Source: a virus. From it: 64,000 nucleotides of DNA. Shown in pieces: positions 55,065-64,000 of this stretch (positions are counted from its first letter, which is position 1; each line of letters begins with the position of its first letter). The position numbers and the translations under genes are program-made. Location: IMG/VR virus record IMGVR_UViG_3300025133_000049, positions 1 to 64,000 of that record; one strand, 5' to 3'. The notes under the pieces were generated by a model. It searched no databases. It was not told the origin of the DNA and saw only the letters and a program-made list of their open reading frames with translations.

Positions 55065-58000
55065 TGGGTAAATTTGCAGATTTCACAGACAAGACTAAAG
55101 GATTCATAGAAGGTCAAGAAGGAGGTATTGGTGGTATAGCTGATAATGTTATGGGTGTGGTTGGTCAAGCTACTAAAATGATTGATGATGTTAAAACACC
55201 TCTAGGAGAAAGAATGGATCGTAGAGGTAATATTACGCATGAAGTAGACGCAGCTGGTAATGTTATGGGTGGAGCTGCAGCTGGAGCGAAGGCTGGAGGA
55301 ATGTTTGGACCTTGGGGTCAACTTATAGGAGGTGTTGCAGGAGGTATTGGCGGAGGTATTGCAAGTATACTAGATCAAAATGCGCAACCAGATATGTTAG
55401 ATCAGGACTCAAGATATCAGCAGTTCATGTTAGAGAACCAGGTATCTACTATTCGCCCTGAAGCTGCATTTGCTCAACAACAACAAATGGCTGAAAATGG
55501 ATTAGATGTGAAAGGAAACACTAAACAAATAGAAGTAGAAAGAGATGAAATCGTATTACGTAAAGTTGGTAAAACATTTAGAAAAGTTGCAGACTTTAAA
55601 GGAGGTAAACCTCACGAAATGGGAGGCGAGCAATTTGTTGCAGAAGAAGGGGACATTATATTTCCTGGGAAGGATAGGAGACGGATCACTAATCTCGTTA
55701 ACAATAAAAGATGGTCAGCTATTGAATCAGCTAGACAGCAGCTCCCTACAGATGTTCCTACTGGACGGGCTGAATTAGGTTTCGATAATACCGATCCTAT
55801 CAAAAAGAAATACGGTCAAAAGGATGTAGATGATATTAATGCACAAGGAGGGTTAAGTGGTAACATGCTGGCACAAGATGGTGGTTCAGATGTTATGAAT
55901 AGACTACTTAAAAAGAAATATGAGTATGATCCAAATAATGCATACTTAGGTAAGTACGGGGATTCCTATGCGGATGCAGAAGGGTTTGCTACTAAAGGCG
56001 GAGGTATGTATAAAACACAGGATGGATATATTACACCATCAGGTAATCGTACATATAATGCAGCAGACACAAAGAACTATCTCAAAAAGATAGCAGAACT
56101 GCCTGAAAATAAAGATAGAACAATTATGTATAAAGATTCAAAAGGATCCGAACCTTTTAGACAATACTCTAAACAGTATGCAGAAGGAACCAAAGGGATT
56201 AAAACAGGGTCAGCAGGCCCAGCTAAAGATGGGATTGAAGATAAAATTTATAGTAGATTAAGAAAGGAAGGATTCAGCGAGCAATCTGCTCTTGGAGTTA
56301 TAGCTAATTTAGCTTGGGAGACAGATAACTTTACAGCTTGGGAGGAGTATAAAGAGAATATATATGGTACAAAAGGAGGCGGTATTGCTATGTGGACTAA
56401 TAACCCATGGACTAATCGAAGAGACATGTATGATTCTTGGATGAAAGAGAATAATAAAGATGTTTTAAACGTCGACCATCAGCTAGATTACCTCTTGCAT
56501 GAAATATATAATGTAAAGGAAAACATGGCTACTGGAAAGAGGTTCAAAATAGATAAGTTAAAAAAGATGGACTCTATTGCAGGAGCTGCTGATTATTTTA
56601 TGAAAGGTTTTGAAGGACCTACGGACCAAAGTAAAGAGCATTTACAGAAAAGGTTAAATCTTATAGCAAACTTTACACCGGAAAAGTTAACAGAGGCTAA
56701 ATCAGAGTTAGCCCAAATTAAAAAAGATAAACCTCTGGTAACTAAACAGGATGTAAAAGGATTTGTCAAGCAAGCCAAAGATGTAGTAAAAGGTATTTTT
56801 GAAGCTGGAGGTAATTCCAATAAAGAAAGAATCAAAGCAATGCAAAAAGCTGGGTACTCTGAAGAGGAGATTCAACAAGCTGAAGGTCCAGAATCTAAAA
56901 GCATACTAGCAGAGATTAATGAAGCTGGAGGTAATTCAAATAAAGCTAGAATCAAAGGAATGCAAAAGGTAGCCTCAACACCTTATGACGAAGATGGACT
57001 CAACCAAGATTTATTAGGTAGAATGAGAAGAAGTCAGAAGGACGGACTAGCTGCAGATAAAGCTAGAACGTCTGAGAATAGACGTATATTAAGTGACACT
57101 ATTAAAAAGTATATAGTTAATGACGGTACTAAATTAAAGATTCTGAAGGATATACTGGCAGGGGGCCCTATGGGTATAAATGCTGCAAGTGTTCCTACAA
57201 ATATTATTGCGGATATTTATGAAGGAGAGATGAGGAAGGGTAATATAGATAAATCCTTTGATGAAGCTTTTCCAGATGCGGAAGAAACACCAGCTCCAAC
57301 TAATCCACAAAATAGTTGGGAAATCCCTTCAGGTATGAGTACCGGAGATGCTGCGGATGCATTAGGAATAAACTCTATTCCAGAGCGTACGGCTCATGAA
57401 GAACAGTCAGTTATTCCTCACATTAAAAAAGCAGGAACTATTGCAGGATATGAACCAACTACAGGTTCGGGTGCTGAATTGCCAGCAGGCGCTACAACCT
57501 CTACTGGAGAACAGGCAGTAGTTAATGCACAAATAGGAAAGACAACTGAGTCAATTAAATCTGGAGCTAGTATGTTAGGGGGAGCATTCGAAAGCCTTGC
57601 AGCATATGCACCAGCTATTTACAATTTAGCTAAAGGATCAGAAAAAGCAGAGAAGGTTAATAGAAATTATGTTAATCCTATGATGAGATCCTTTCAAGAT
57701 AGAGGTCAAGCAGATAGAAACGAAATAGATAAAGCATTTAGACAATCAATGGCCAGTGCTAGAAACCTATCTGGAGGTTCTCAGGGAAATTATAGAAGTA
57801 ACTTAGAACAAGCATGGGCTAATAAGATAGATAGAAACGCACAGGTTAATACAAGAGAAGCTTCTAGAGCTGATCAAGTTGCTGCAGGTAACGTAGCTGC
57901 TATCAATCAAGCAGATCAGATCAATACACAGATGGAGAACAAAGCAGATATTATGGATATGCAATCTCAATCTGCTACTGATTCTTTCATGGCTCAAGGA

Positions 58001-58123
58001 ATGCAAGATATAGCTAACATCGGAGCGGTTAGACGTAAAGATTCTCAGATGGAAGCTAACCAAAACATGATATTAAAGTACATTAAATCTAACCGTCCGT
58101 TTGATACTGACGATTTAGGATAA
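55064..58123 (+). CDS. virion cargo/ejection protein with internal phage tail lysozyme (Phage_lysozyme2-like) domain
   Basis: Gly-rich hydrophobic N-terminus, EVE.DE..G..HE.GG motif; GFSEQSALGVIANLAWET..GIAMWT..RR..QLDYLLHE..FEGP. Confidence 0.75.
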   Translation: MGKFADFTDKTKGFIEGQEGGIGGIADNVMGVVGQATKMIDDVKTPLGERMDRRGNITHEVDAAGNVMGGAAAGAKAGGMFGPWGQLIGGVAGGIGGGIASILDQNAQPDMLDQDSRYQQFMLENQVSTIRPEAAFAQQQQMAENGLDVKGNTKQIEVERDEIVLRKVGKTFRKVADFKGGKPHEMGGEQFVAEEGDIIFPGKDRRRITNLVNNKRWSAIESARQQLPTDVPTGRAELGFDNTDPIKKKYGQKDVDDINAQGGLSGNMLAQDGGSDVMNRLLKKKYEYDPNNAYLGKYGDSYADAEGFATKGGGMYKTQDGYITPSGNRTYNAADTKNYLKKIAELPENKDRTIMYKDSKGSEPFRQYSKQYAEGTKGIKTGSAGPAKDGIEDKIYSRLRKEGFSEQSALGVIANLAWETDNFTAWEEYKENIYGTKGGGIAMWTNNPWTNRRDMYDSWMKENNKDVLNVDHQLDYLLHEIYNVKENMATGKRFKIDKLKKMDSIAGAADYFMKGFEGPTDQSKEHLQKRLNLIANFTPEKLTEAKSELAQIKKDKPLVTKQDVKGFVKQAKDVVKGIFEAGGNSNKERIKAMQKAGYSEEEIQQAEGPESKSILAEINEAGGNSNKARIKGMQKVASTPYDEDGLNQDLLGRMRRSQKDGLAADKARTSENRRILSDTIKKYIVNDGTKLKILKDILAGGPMGINAASVPTNIIADIYEGEMRKGNIDKSFDEAFPDAEETPAPTNPQNSWEIPSGMSTGDAADALGINSIPERTAHEEQSVIPHIKKAGTIAGYEPTTGSGAELPAGATTSTGEQAVVNAQIGKTTESIKSGASMLGGAFESLAAYAPAIYNLAKGSEKAEKVNRNYVNPMMRSFQDRGQADRNEIDKAFRQSMASARNLSGGSQGNYRSNLEQAWANKIDRNAQVNTREASRADQVAAGNVAAINQADQINTQMENKADIMDMQSQSATDSFMAQGMQDIANIGAVRRKDSQMEANQNMILKYIKSNRPFDTDDLG

Positions 58124-58136
58124 AACAATATAAGAT

Positions 58137-59714
58137 ATGGCATCATTATTTGACAAACCAGTAGCAGCTAACCCGCAAAGTACCTTTGCTGCATTACCAT
58201 TACAGTATATATCTCAATCTTTAGATAGGAGACAAGCTCAGTATGAACAAAACAAAGCTCAAGTGGAAGCTCAGAGAGACGAGTTCCTTAGTACTAGAGC
58301 TGTGGCTGGTGATGTAGAAAGACAACAGGCCCTTATATCCGAGTGGGATACTAAGCTAGATGATATGATAGAAGCTGCTGATGGAGATTACTCTAGAATC
58401 AGAGGAGGTATAGATAGAATGACTAGGGATATTAAGCAAGAAAAAGCTTATGGTGAACTAGGAGCTATCGATAGGAACTTCAAAGGTGCTGTTAAAGACA
58501 GAGAAAACTTAGATAAGTTGTATCAAGCAGGTAAGATTAGTGAGGCTGGATACAATAAAGGGCTCAGTGCAATGCAAAACTTTAAAACTACATTGGGGGA
58601 TAACCAACAATGGAGTACGTATAGAGGGTATATGCCAAGTAATATTACAGATGTTCAAAAGAAATTAAGCGATGTAGTAGATGAAATCAATGCTAAGTAT
58701 GATGAATCAGGACAAAAGTATTTAAGTTCTGAGGATGCACAGACAGCACTCACAGGAGCAGTCAAATCTGACCCAGGTATTCTTAAAGCAATGCAAGAGA
58801 ACTGGGAAGCTTTAGGATCTCAAGGAACATTCGGTGAATATTATAATAGTACATTAGGTAATGTTATAGCTAATAAGAAGTATCATCAAGTTCTTACTAA
58901 AAAAGAAGGTGGTGGAGAAGGATCAGGTGTAGGTCAGATACTTACAAATGTAACTATGCCTAGTAGAGGAGGTAGTTCTTATACCGGAGGTAGTGCAAGT
59001 AGCCTTAAAGCAATAGTCCAAAGTGTTTCAGGAAGAGATACTTTCAAAGAATTCAATGATTGGAGAGGATCTGAGCAAGGTAAATTAGATATTAAATGGA
59101 TAGAAGCTAAAACAAAAACTGATATGCCTAAGAATCCTTCTGATGCTATTGATTGGATAGAGGATCATTTAGAAAAAACATACACAGCTAGCGTAGAAAC
59201 AGAGGTAGTACCTAAACATTTACGAGGTAAAGTCATTAGTGACAAAGGTGAGATACTTACTCACGGTGCCTGGTACAATTCAGCAGGTGAACTTATTGAT
59301 GCAGTCGACATTGAGGACCTACAAGGAGAAACTGAGGACGGTAAAGTAACTCAAGTTCTAGGTGTAGTTAAATCAGGTGGGGCATATCCTAAAGGAACCT
59401 ATCATATATTAGGTAAAGATGGTGAGGAGTACTTCCAAGAACCTACAGATGTTAGAACACTTAGTAGTCCTGAATATGTTAAGAGTGTAATCAACACTGC
59501 TAAGCATGCACCAACCGGATCATCCACTGCAAATTTAAGTAGGGGTTTGATAGGTAATGATGGAAGTATGATTATTCAACCTGGAAATTATGAAACAAGA
59601 GCGTCAAGTCAAGGAAAAGGCGTAGCTTTGTATCAAAATGGAGAATTGATGTATGTACTTCATGCAACTCCTGATGCGACTGGTAATGATATTACCGATT
59701 ATACTCAACAATAA
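58137..59714 (+). CDS. virion cargo/ejection protein 2
   Basis: Helical N-terminus; synteny upstream of the giant gene. Confidence 0.65.
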   Translation: MASLFDKPVAANPQSTFAALPLQYISQSLDRRQAQYEQNKAQVEAQRDEFLSTRAVAGDVERQQALISEWDTKLDDMIEAADGDYSRIRGGIDRMTRDIKQEKAYGELGAIDRNFKGAVKDRENLDKLYQAGKISEAGYNKGLSAMQNFKTTLGDNQQWSTYRGYMPSNITDVQKKLSDVVDEINAKYDESGQKYLSSEDAQTALTGAVKSDPGILKAMQENWEALGSQGTFGEYYNSTLGNVIANKKYHQVLTKKEGGGEGSGVGQILTNVTMPSRGGSSYTGGSASSLKAIVQSVSGRDTFKEFNDWRGSEQGKLDIKWIEAKTKTDMPKNPSDAIDWIEDHLEKTYTASVETEVVPKHLRGKVISDKGEILTHGAWYNSAGELIDAVDIEDLQGETEDGKVTQVLGVVKSGGAYPKGTYHILGKDGEEYFQEPTDVRTLSSPEYVKSVINTAKHAPTGSSTANLSRGLIGNDGSMIIQPGNYETRASSQGKGVALYQNGELMYVLHATPDATGNDITDYTQQ

Positions 59715-59725
59715 AAGATATTACT

Positions 59726-62700
59726 ATGGCCATAGATCAAGATGCTACTAAAGATTTAAAGATGATTAACCCGGAACCGTCTCCAAGTGATTCGGCTTTT
59801 GAGGCCATGTTTGATTCAGCAAAGAGAACAGGAAGTTCTAGACCTGTTCCTACAAGTGCAGCCGCACAACAGAAAGCTATTAAAGGAATGCAAGCAGATA
59901 TCTTCTTTGATCAATCAGTTCAAGAGGGTAGTAGAGATCAGAAGCTAGATAAGTATGCTTCTTCTTTCGAAGATAAGAATGCAACCCGAGCTAGAAACCA
60001 AAATGAAGCTATCAAAGGTATCAAAGCTATTGGTGGAGGTTTAATTCAGGGTGGGCTTATCGTAGGTGAGCAGTTAGGTTATGTAGCAGATCTAAAGAAT
60101 ACTGCCAAGATGTTCAGTGATGCTGAAGATATGTCAGGTAACTGGTGGTCTAACATGTTTAGAGATGCTCAAGATAGTTTGAGAGAATCTGATACGTTTA
60201 AAATTTACGAGAGTGGTACTGACGAGAACAGTATCCTATCTCAGATATTCAAGTGGAGTTCATTAGAGGGAGCTATCTCGTCCGCCGTAGGATTCGGTGT
60301 ATCAGGATTAGGGGCAGCTTCCGTTGTTTCTAAGCTAGGTGCTTTAAAACAATTTGGTAAATTAGCGGCTATGACTGATAAGGTCATGGGTAATGTTGCA
60401 GCTCGAGGTTTAACTGGGGTCAAAGCAGCTAAGGCTATGCAAGGTGCTGTAGGATCAACAAGAGCGTTTACAGGTCCTCTAGCATCTTCAGCTATGTCTA
60501 ACTTCTATATGGGTCAGTTAATGGCTACAGATACATACACTCAATCAATGGATGCCATTAGAGGTAAGATTGATTCAGGTGAGATATCTGAATTAGATGC
60601 TCAGAAGATAGCAAATGAAAATGCAAAGAATGTAGTTGGATTGAACATGGCTTTGGCCACTACTTCTTTCCTACGATTTGGTAGTATATTTAAAAGAGGT
60701 GGTAGACTAAAAGGATTGGTAAAGGATCCTACTGCAATGGCGCAGTTAAAAGATATGGTTATCAAAGGTTCTCCTACAGCATTCGGAGAAAACGTTTACC
60801 AGGAGATGATTCAAATGGAACAGATCTACAAGACTTCATTAGAAGCCGGCGTAGCATCTAAGTATGGTTCTGGTTATTGGGATAGAATGACTCAACTAGC
60901 TTTATCTAATCGAGCAATGCATGCAGGTGCTCTAGGTGTAGTAGGTGGGCCTATCCAATTTGCTATTATCCAAAAGCCTTTGATGAGAGAACAGCACAAA
61001 CAACAAAAAGAAACGTTTGACAATCAACAAGCCTCCCGGAAGTATCACGCTACTATGGTAGAGAATTTAGTTAAAGGTGATATGACTGCTTTCATGGAGT
61101 TCGACAAAGCTAGAAACGAAGCCATCATTGCTGGTGACTTTGAAGCAGCTGCTCTTGCAGAAGATATGGGATTGATTCGTGAAGTAGTTAAGTCAAATGA
61201 ATGGGGAACAATAGATTACCTAAGACGAGATATAGAAAATGAATTAAAGCACAAAGAAACTCCAGAGGGATACGATGCTAACTATAAAGAAAATGGACAG
61301 AGAGCATTAGAGATGTTGGACAAGGTTGAAAGTTATAACTATGCATATAGTCAGTTTGAAACTAAGTCAGATTTAATCTATACAAATTTAGCGATAGATG
61401 CATTGAACTCGAAGAGAGTAGAGAACAATCAGAAACTTGTAGCCTCTGCGCAACAGGTTCAAGCCATGGCTGTACTAGAAGGTGTTGAAGTTAACTTCGA
61501 TACTGACACAGGTAGGTTTACAAAAGTAAAGAGAGATAAGAATAGATTCGAAGGGTTATCAACTAAAGAAGCAGTAGCTCAAAGAAACCTCGAGAAGACT
61601 CAGGACAAAGCTTATGACAAGTTCATGGAGAAGGCTGAGGATATAACCGGATACAAAGATGCAATCAAATCTGATGTTAAGTATACAAACTTAGGTCAGA
61701 AGTTATTAGATAAGTATTCTTATTTAAAAAGTGATAAGGCTCAAGAGAAGGCCCTCAAGATGAAGAAGGATCAGTATGATAATGCTAAAGAGAATATCAA
61801 AAAAGCTGACGCTGAAGATAAAGCTGCAGCTACTGAAAAGAAAAACTCAGGCTTAACTCCTTTCTCAGTTGTTAAAGCAAGAGCTAATAAAGAAACTGCT
61901 GAAGAGAAGGCGGTTAGAACTAAAGCTTGGGATGCTGAGGTGCAAGGTGTTAACACTCCTAGAGAGGGAAACACATTTACATCTAGAGATCAACAAGGTG
62001 TATCTAGACTTTATAGTAAGGGGGATATGTTGAGATCTAATGATGGTAGATATTTTAAAGTAGATACTCAAGCCGGCGCTGCTAAGAATGCTAACCTAGC
62101 ATCTTATGCTATGCCATTGGTATATGAAGTTACAGCTGAAGGTAAGAAACCTGGAGGTAAAGAGGATAGATGGATTAGATTTATTCCAGAAGATAATACA
62201 TTCTTCAGACCAGAGGTTAAACAAGCTCATTATAATAGCAAAACTAAATCTTGGTATCATAAAGGTAACACACCTTTTGCCCCTTACGTAGATGTTGACT
62301 CAGCTTTTAAACCAAACAATGAGTTAGCTCAGGAAGCTAGAAGACAAAAAGCTGCAGATGGTATTGCTTTAAGTGTAAATAATTTTGAGTTAGAAGCTAA
62401 CCAACCAGGTGAGGGTCAACAAATTGTTGAAACAGAAATGGCTGCGGAGTATGACTTGAAGTCTTTGAACAATCCGTTGTTCCCAGGTGAATCCTATGAA
62501 GTTACTTTTAAATTAAATAAGCAACCTAATGGACAAACATTTGTTGATGTTTATAGAGGAGATAGTAAACTTACAAGATTAGATAGACACTCTAACTTAA
62601 ATCATCAAGTGATAGCACAAGCTTTACTTAAAGGTGAAGTTGCGGGATCTGTTATAGGTCACTACAGTAGTTCTAACAATCTGGTTAAACTTAGAAATGA

Positions 62701-64000
62701 AGATGGTACTTTTGTACAAAGTAGTATAGCTGAACTATCTAAAATGGATTCTAAGTATCTAGTTAACGGTAAGGTTCACTTTGCTATCAACCCAGGAGAG
62801 TATGCTCAGAAAGAACCTGTAACGATGGCAGAAGATGGTACTATCATTACAGATAACAGAATAGAGCATACAGATGCAGATGGCGTTAAACATTCATTGA
62901 GCATTCCATATAGTTCTATGAAAAGTCCTGGAGATACTTACATGTTAATCATAGGGCCAGGTGGTCATATTATTCCTATAGCAACTAGAGGTAAGAAGCT
63001 AGCTGAGCTTGATAGTATGTCAGGAGAAGGAACTAGAGCTGATGATATAGTTAAAGAGGTTGCCCAGGTAACAGAAGAATTCATCACAGAGGATATGTTA
63101 GAAGGTATGTCTGAATCTGAGTTCGATACAAACCTCAGAGCTACAATAGCTGTATCAAATAAATCTAGTCATGAACAAGCTCAAGAATTTAGAAATCAAA
63201 AGATAGCTAAGCTTGATGAGCATTGGAGAGATTTCTCTAAGAAGATGGAGGAAACCATTTATCAAACAATTAAAAAGGACGGACGTAAGTGGAACTCTAT
63301 AGGAACTACTCAGTCTGGTGAAAACATTTATCAAGCTACAGAATCCGGAACTAGAATTGTTAATCCTAACATGTTTAAGATTGGATTGTATGTAGATGAA
63401 AATGGAAAGTTCACTCCACAAATTCAAGAAGGAACTGGAACTACTAAAGTAAACTATACAAACCTATCTGAATCTGCTACTGAATTTACATTAGCATTAG
63501 GAGATCGATTTGATAAAATAAGTTATGACAGATTCCTAGATTCGGGAGATGCTGCTACAAACAAAACTAATGCGGAGTATATATTAAATGAATCCGGATT
63601 ATCTACTGATTTAAATATCAGAAGACCTTTTGCTGGATCCTCAGCCACTATTAAAGTAGATGGTATGGATATAGCTGTTGAAGGAGCTGCAGTAGCAGAC
63701 AAACATTTCACTAAGCATGACAGAGGTTCTATCGAAGCTATAACTAAACCTGCAGACGAAGCATTTAAGAAATCAACTATCGAAGAACTAGATACATTTA
63801 CTTCTTTCGAATCTACAGATGCTGACAGTATTGGTCAGTTGATGGGTGAAGAAGCTGGAGATGCTATATCTCATGTACTAGCATTCCTTGGAGATCTTGG
63901 GTTAGCTAACATGCCTAAAGTCAATAAAGAATTTAAAGACTTTATCAATAAAGAAGTTGAGGTAACTGAATATCAAGACAGTTTAAAATATGCTGAGGCC
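59726..64000 (+). CDS. giant virion protein, 5' part (>1425 aa, truncated); likely first subunit/N-terminus of the crAss virion RNA polymerase locus
   Basis: ATG 59726 (MAIDQDATKD...); same frame at the window end (...KYAEA); absent from the track because it has no stop. RARNQ then Gly/Ala-rich helices. No catalytic motif seen in the window. Confidence 0.75.
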   Translation, partial: MAIDQDATKDLKMINPEPSPSDSAFEAMFDSAKRTGSSRPVPTSAAAQQKAIKGMQADIFFDQSVQEGSRDQKLDKYASSFEDKNATRARNQNEAIKGIKAIGGGLIQGGLIVGEQLGYVADLKNTAKMFSDAEDMSGNWWSNMFRDAQDSLRESDTFKIYESGTDENSILSQIFKWSSLEGAISSAVGFGVSGLGAASVVSKLGALKQFGKLAAMTDKVMGNVAARGLTGVKAAKAMQGAVGSTRAFTGPLASSAMSNFYMGQLMATDTYTQSMDAIRGKIDSGEISELDAQKIANENAKNVVGLNMALATTSFLRFGSIFKRGGRLKGLVKDPTAMAQLKDMVIKGSPTAFGENVYQEMIQMEQIYKTSLEAGVASKYGSGYWDRMTQLALSNRAMHAGALGVVGGPIQFAIIQKPLMREQHKQQKETFDNQQASRKYHATMVENLVKGDMTAFMEFDKARNEAIIAGDFEAAALAEDMGLIREVVKSNEWGTIDYLRRDIENELKHKETPEGYDANYKENGQRALEMLDKVESYNYAYSQFETKSDLIYTNLAIDALNSKRVENNQKLVASAQQVQAMAVLEGVEVNFDTDTGRFTKVKRDKNRFEGLSTKEAVAQRNLEKTQDKAYDKFMEKAEDITGYKDAIKSDVKYTNLGQKLLDKYSYLKSDKAQEKALKMKKDQYDNAKENIKKADAEDKAAATEKKNSGLTPFSVVKARANKETAEEKAVRTKAWDAEVQGVNTPREGNTFTSRDQQGVSRLYSKGDMLRSNDGRYFKVDTQAGAAKNANLASYAMPLVYEVTAEGKKPGGKEDRWIRFIPEDNTFFRPEVKQAHYNSKTKSWYHKGNTPFAPYVDVDSAFKPNNELAQEARRQKAADGIALSVNNFELEANQPGEGQQIVETEMAAEYDLKSLNNPLFPGESYEVTFKLNKQPNGQTFVDVYRGDSKLTRLDRHSNLNHQVIAQALLKGEVAGSVIGHYSSSNNLVKLRNEDGTFVQSSIAELSKMDSKYLVNGKVHFAINPGEYAQKEPVTMAEDGTIITDNRIEHTDADGVKHSLSIPYSSMKSPGDTYMLIIGPGGHIIPIATRGKKLAELDSMSGEGTRADDIVKEVAQVTEEFITEDMLEGMSESEFDTNLRATIAVSNKSSHEQAQEFRNQKIAKLDEHWRDFSKKMEETIYQTIKKDGRKWNSIGTTQSGENIYQATESGTRIVNPNMFKIGLYVDENGKFTPQIQEGTGTTKVNYTNLSESATEFTLALGDRFDKISYDRFLDSGDAATNKTNAEYILNESGLSTDLNIRRPFAGSSATIKVDGMDIAVEGAAVADKHFTKHDRGSIEAITKPADEAFKKSTIEELDTFTSFESTDADSIGQLMGEEAGDAISHVLAFLGDLGLANMPKVNKEFKDFINKEVEVTEYQDSLKYAEA

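Noticed and set aside
36287-63711. Numerous short - strand ORFs in the virion arm (and + strand ORFs in the leftward arm)
   Set aside because: Fully nested antisense to long motif-bearing genes, including those within the untracked 59726..64000 ORF
1-64000. Stop-codon reassignment (TAG/TGA), known in some Crassvirales
   Set aside because: All core genes are intact under the standard code, and TAA, TAG and TGA all end genes at sensible boundaries

Overview
This window is about 64 kb of a lytic, AT-rich Crassvirales (crAss-like) phage genome read in the standard genetic code. The host is probably a Bacteroidota (flavobacterial) species, judging from TTTG-N19-21-TAnnTTTG promoters and the absence of Shine-Dalgarno sites. 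There are two divergent arms around a switch point at ~35.3-35.5 kb. The leftward (-) arm carries a variable region of small early genes with unusually structured non-coding DNA (~25.7-35.3 kb). Next comes the replication module: family A polymerase, SF2 helicase, DnaB, Sak4-like ATPase, primase, rIIA/rIIB, 5'-3' exonuclease, ATP-dependent ligase, phosphoesterase, DUF5664-like dNTP hydrolase and a PD-(D/E)xK nuclease. The arm ends in a 1885-aa triple beta-helix protein. The rightward (+) arm is the canonical crAss virion module: TerL, portal, scaffold, MCP, ring proteins, muzzle and cargo proteins, with the last giant ORF running off the window end. The most notable items are: (1) a 326-bp integron-style gene cassette bounded by two attC-like sites whose core arms are swapped as G|TT site-specific recombination predicts, with no integrase in the window; (2) three large hairpin-dense non-coding islands (~29.7, 32.7-33.2 and 34.3-34.8 kb) showing a kissing-loop, an AGUA/GAA module and three UAGUACG loops resembling the rRNA sarcin-ricin loop; (3) a promoter-to-terminator sRNA unit at 1.1 kb; and (4) an ACAC motif before early-gene start codons. 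All protein calls come from motif recognition and synteny by eye; no searches were run.
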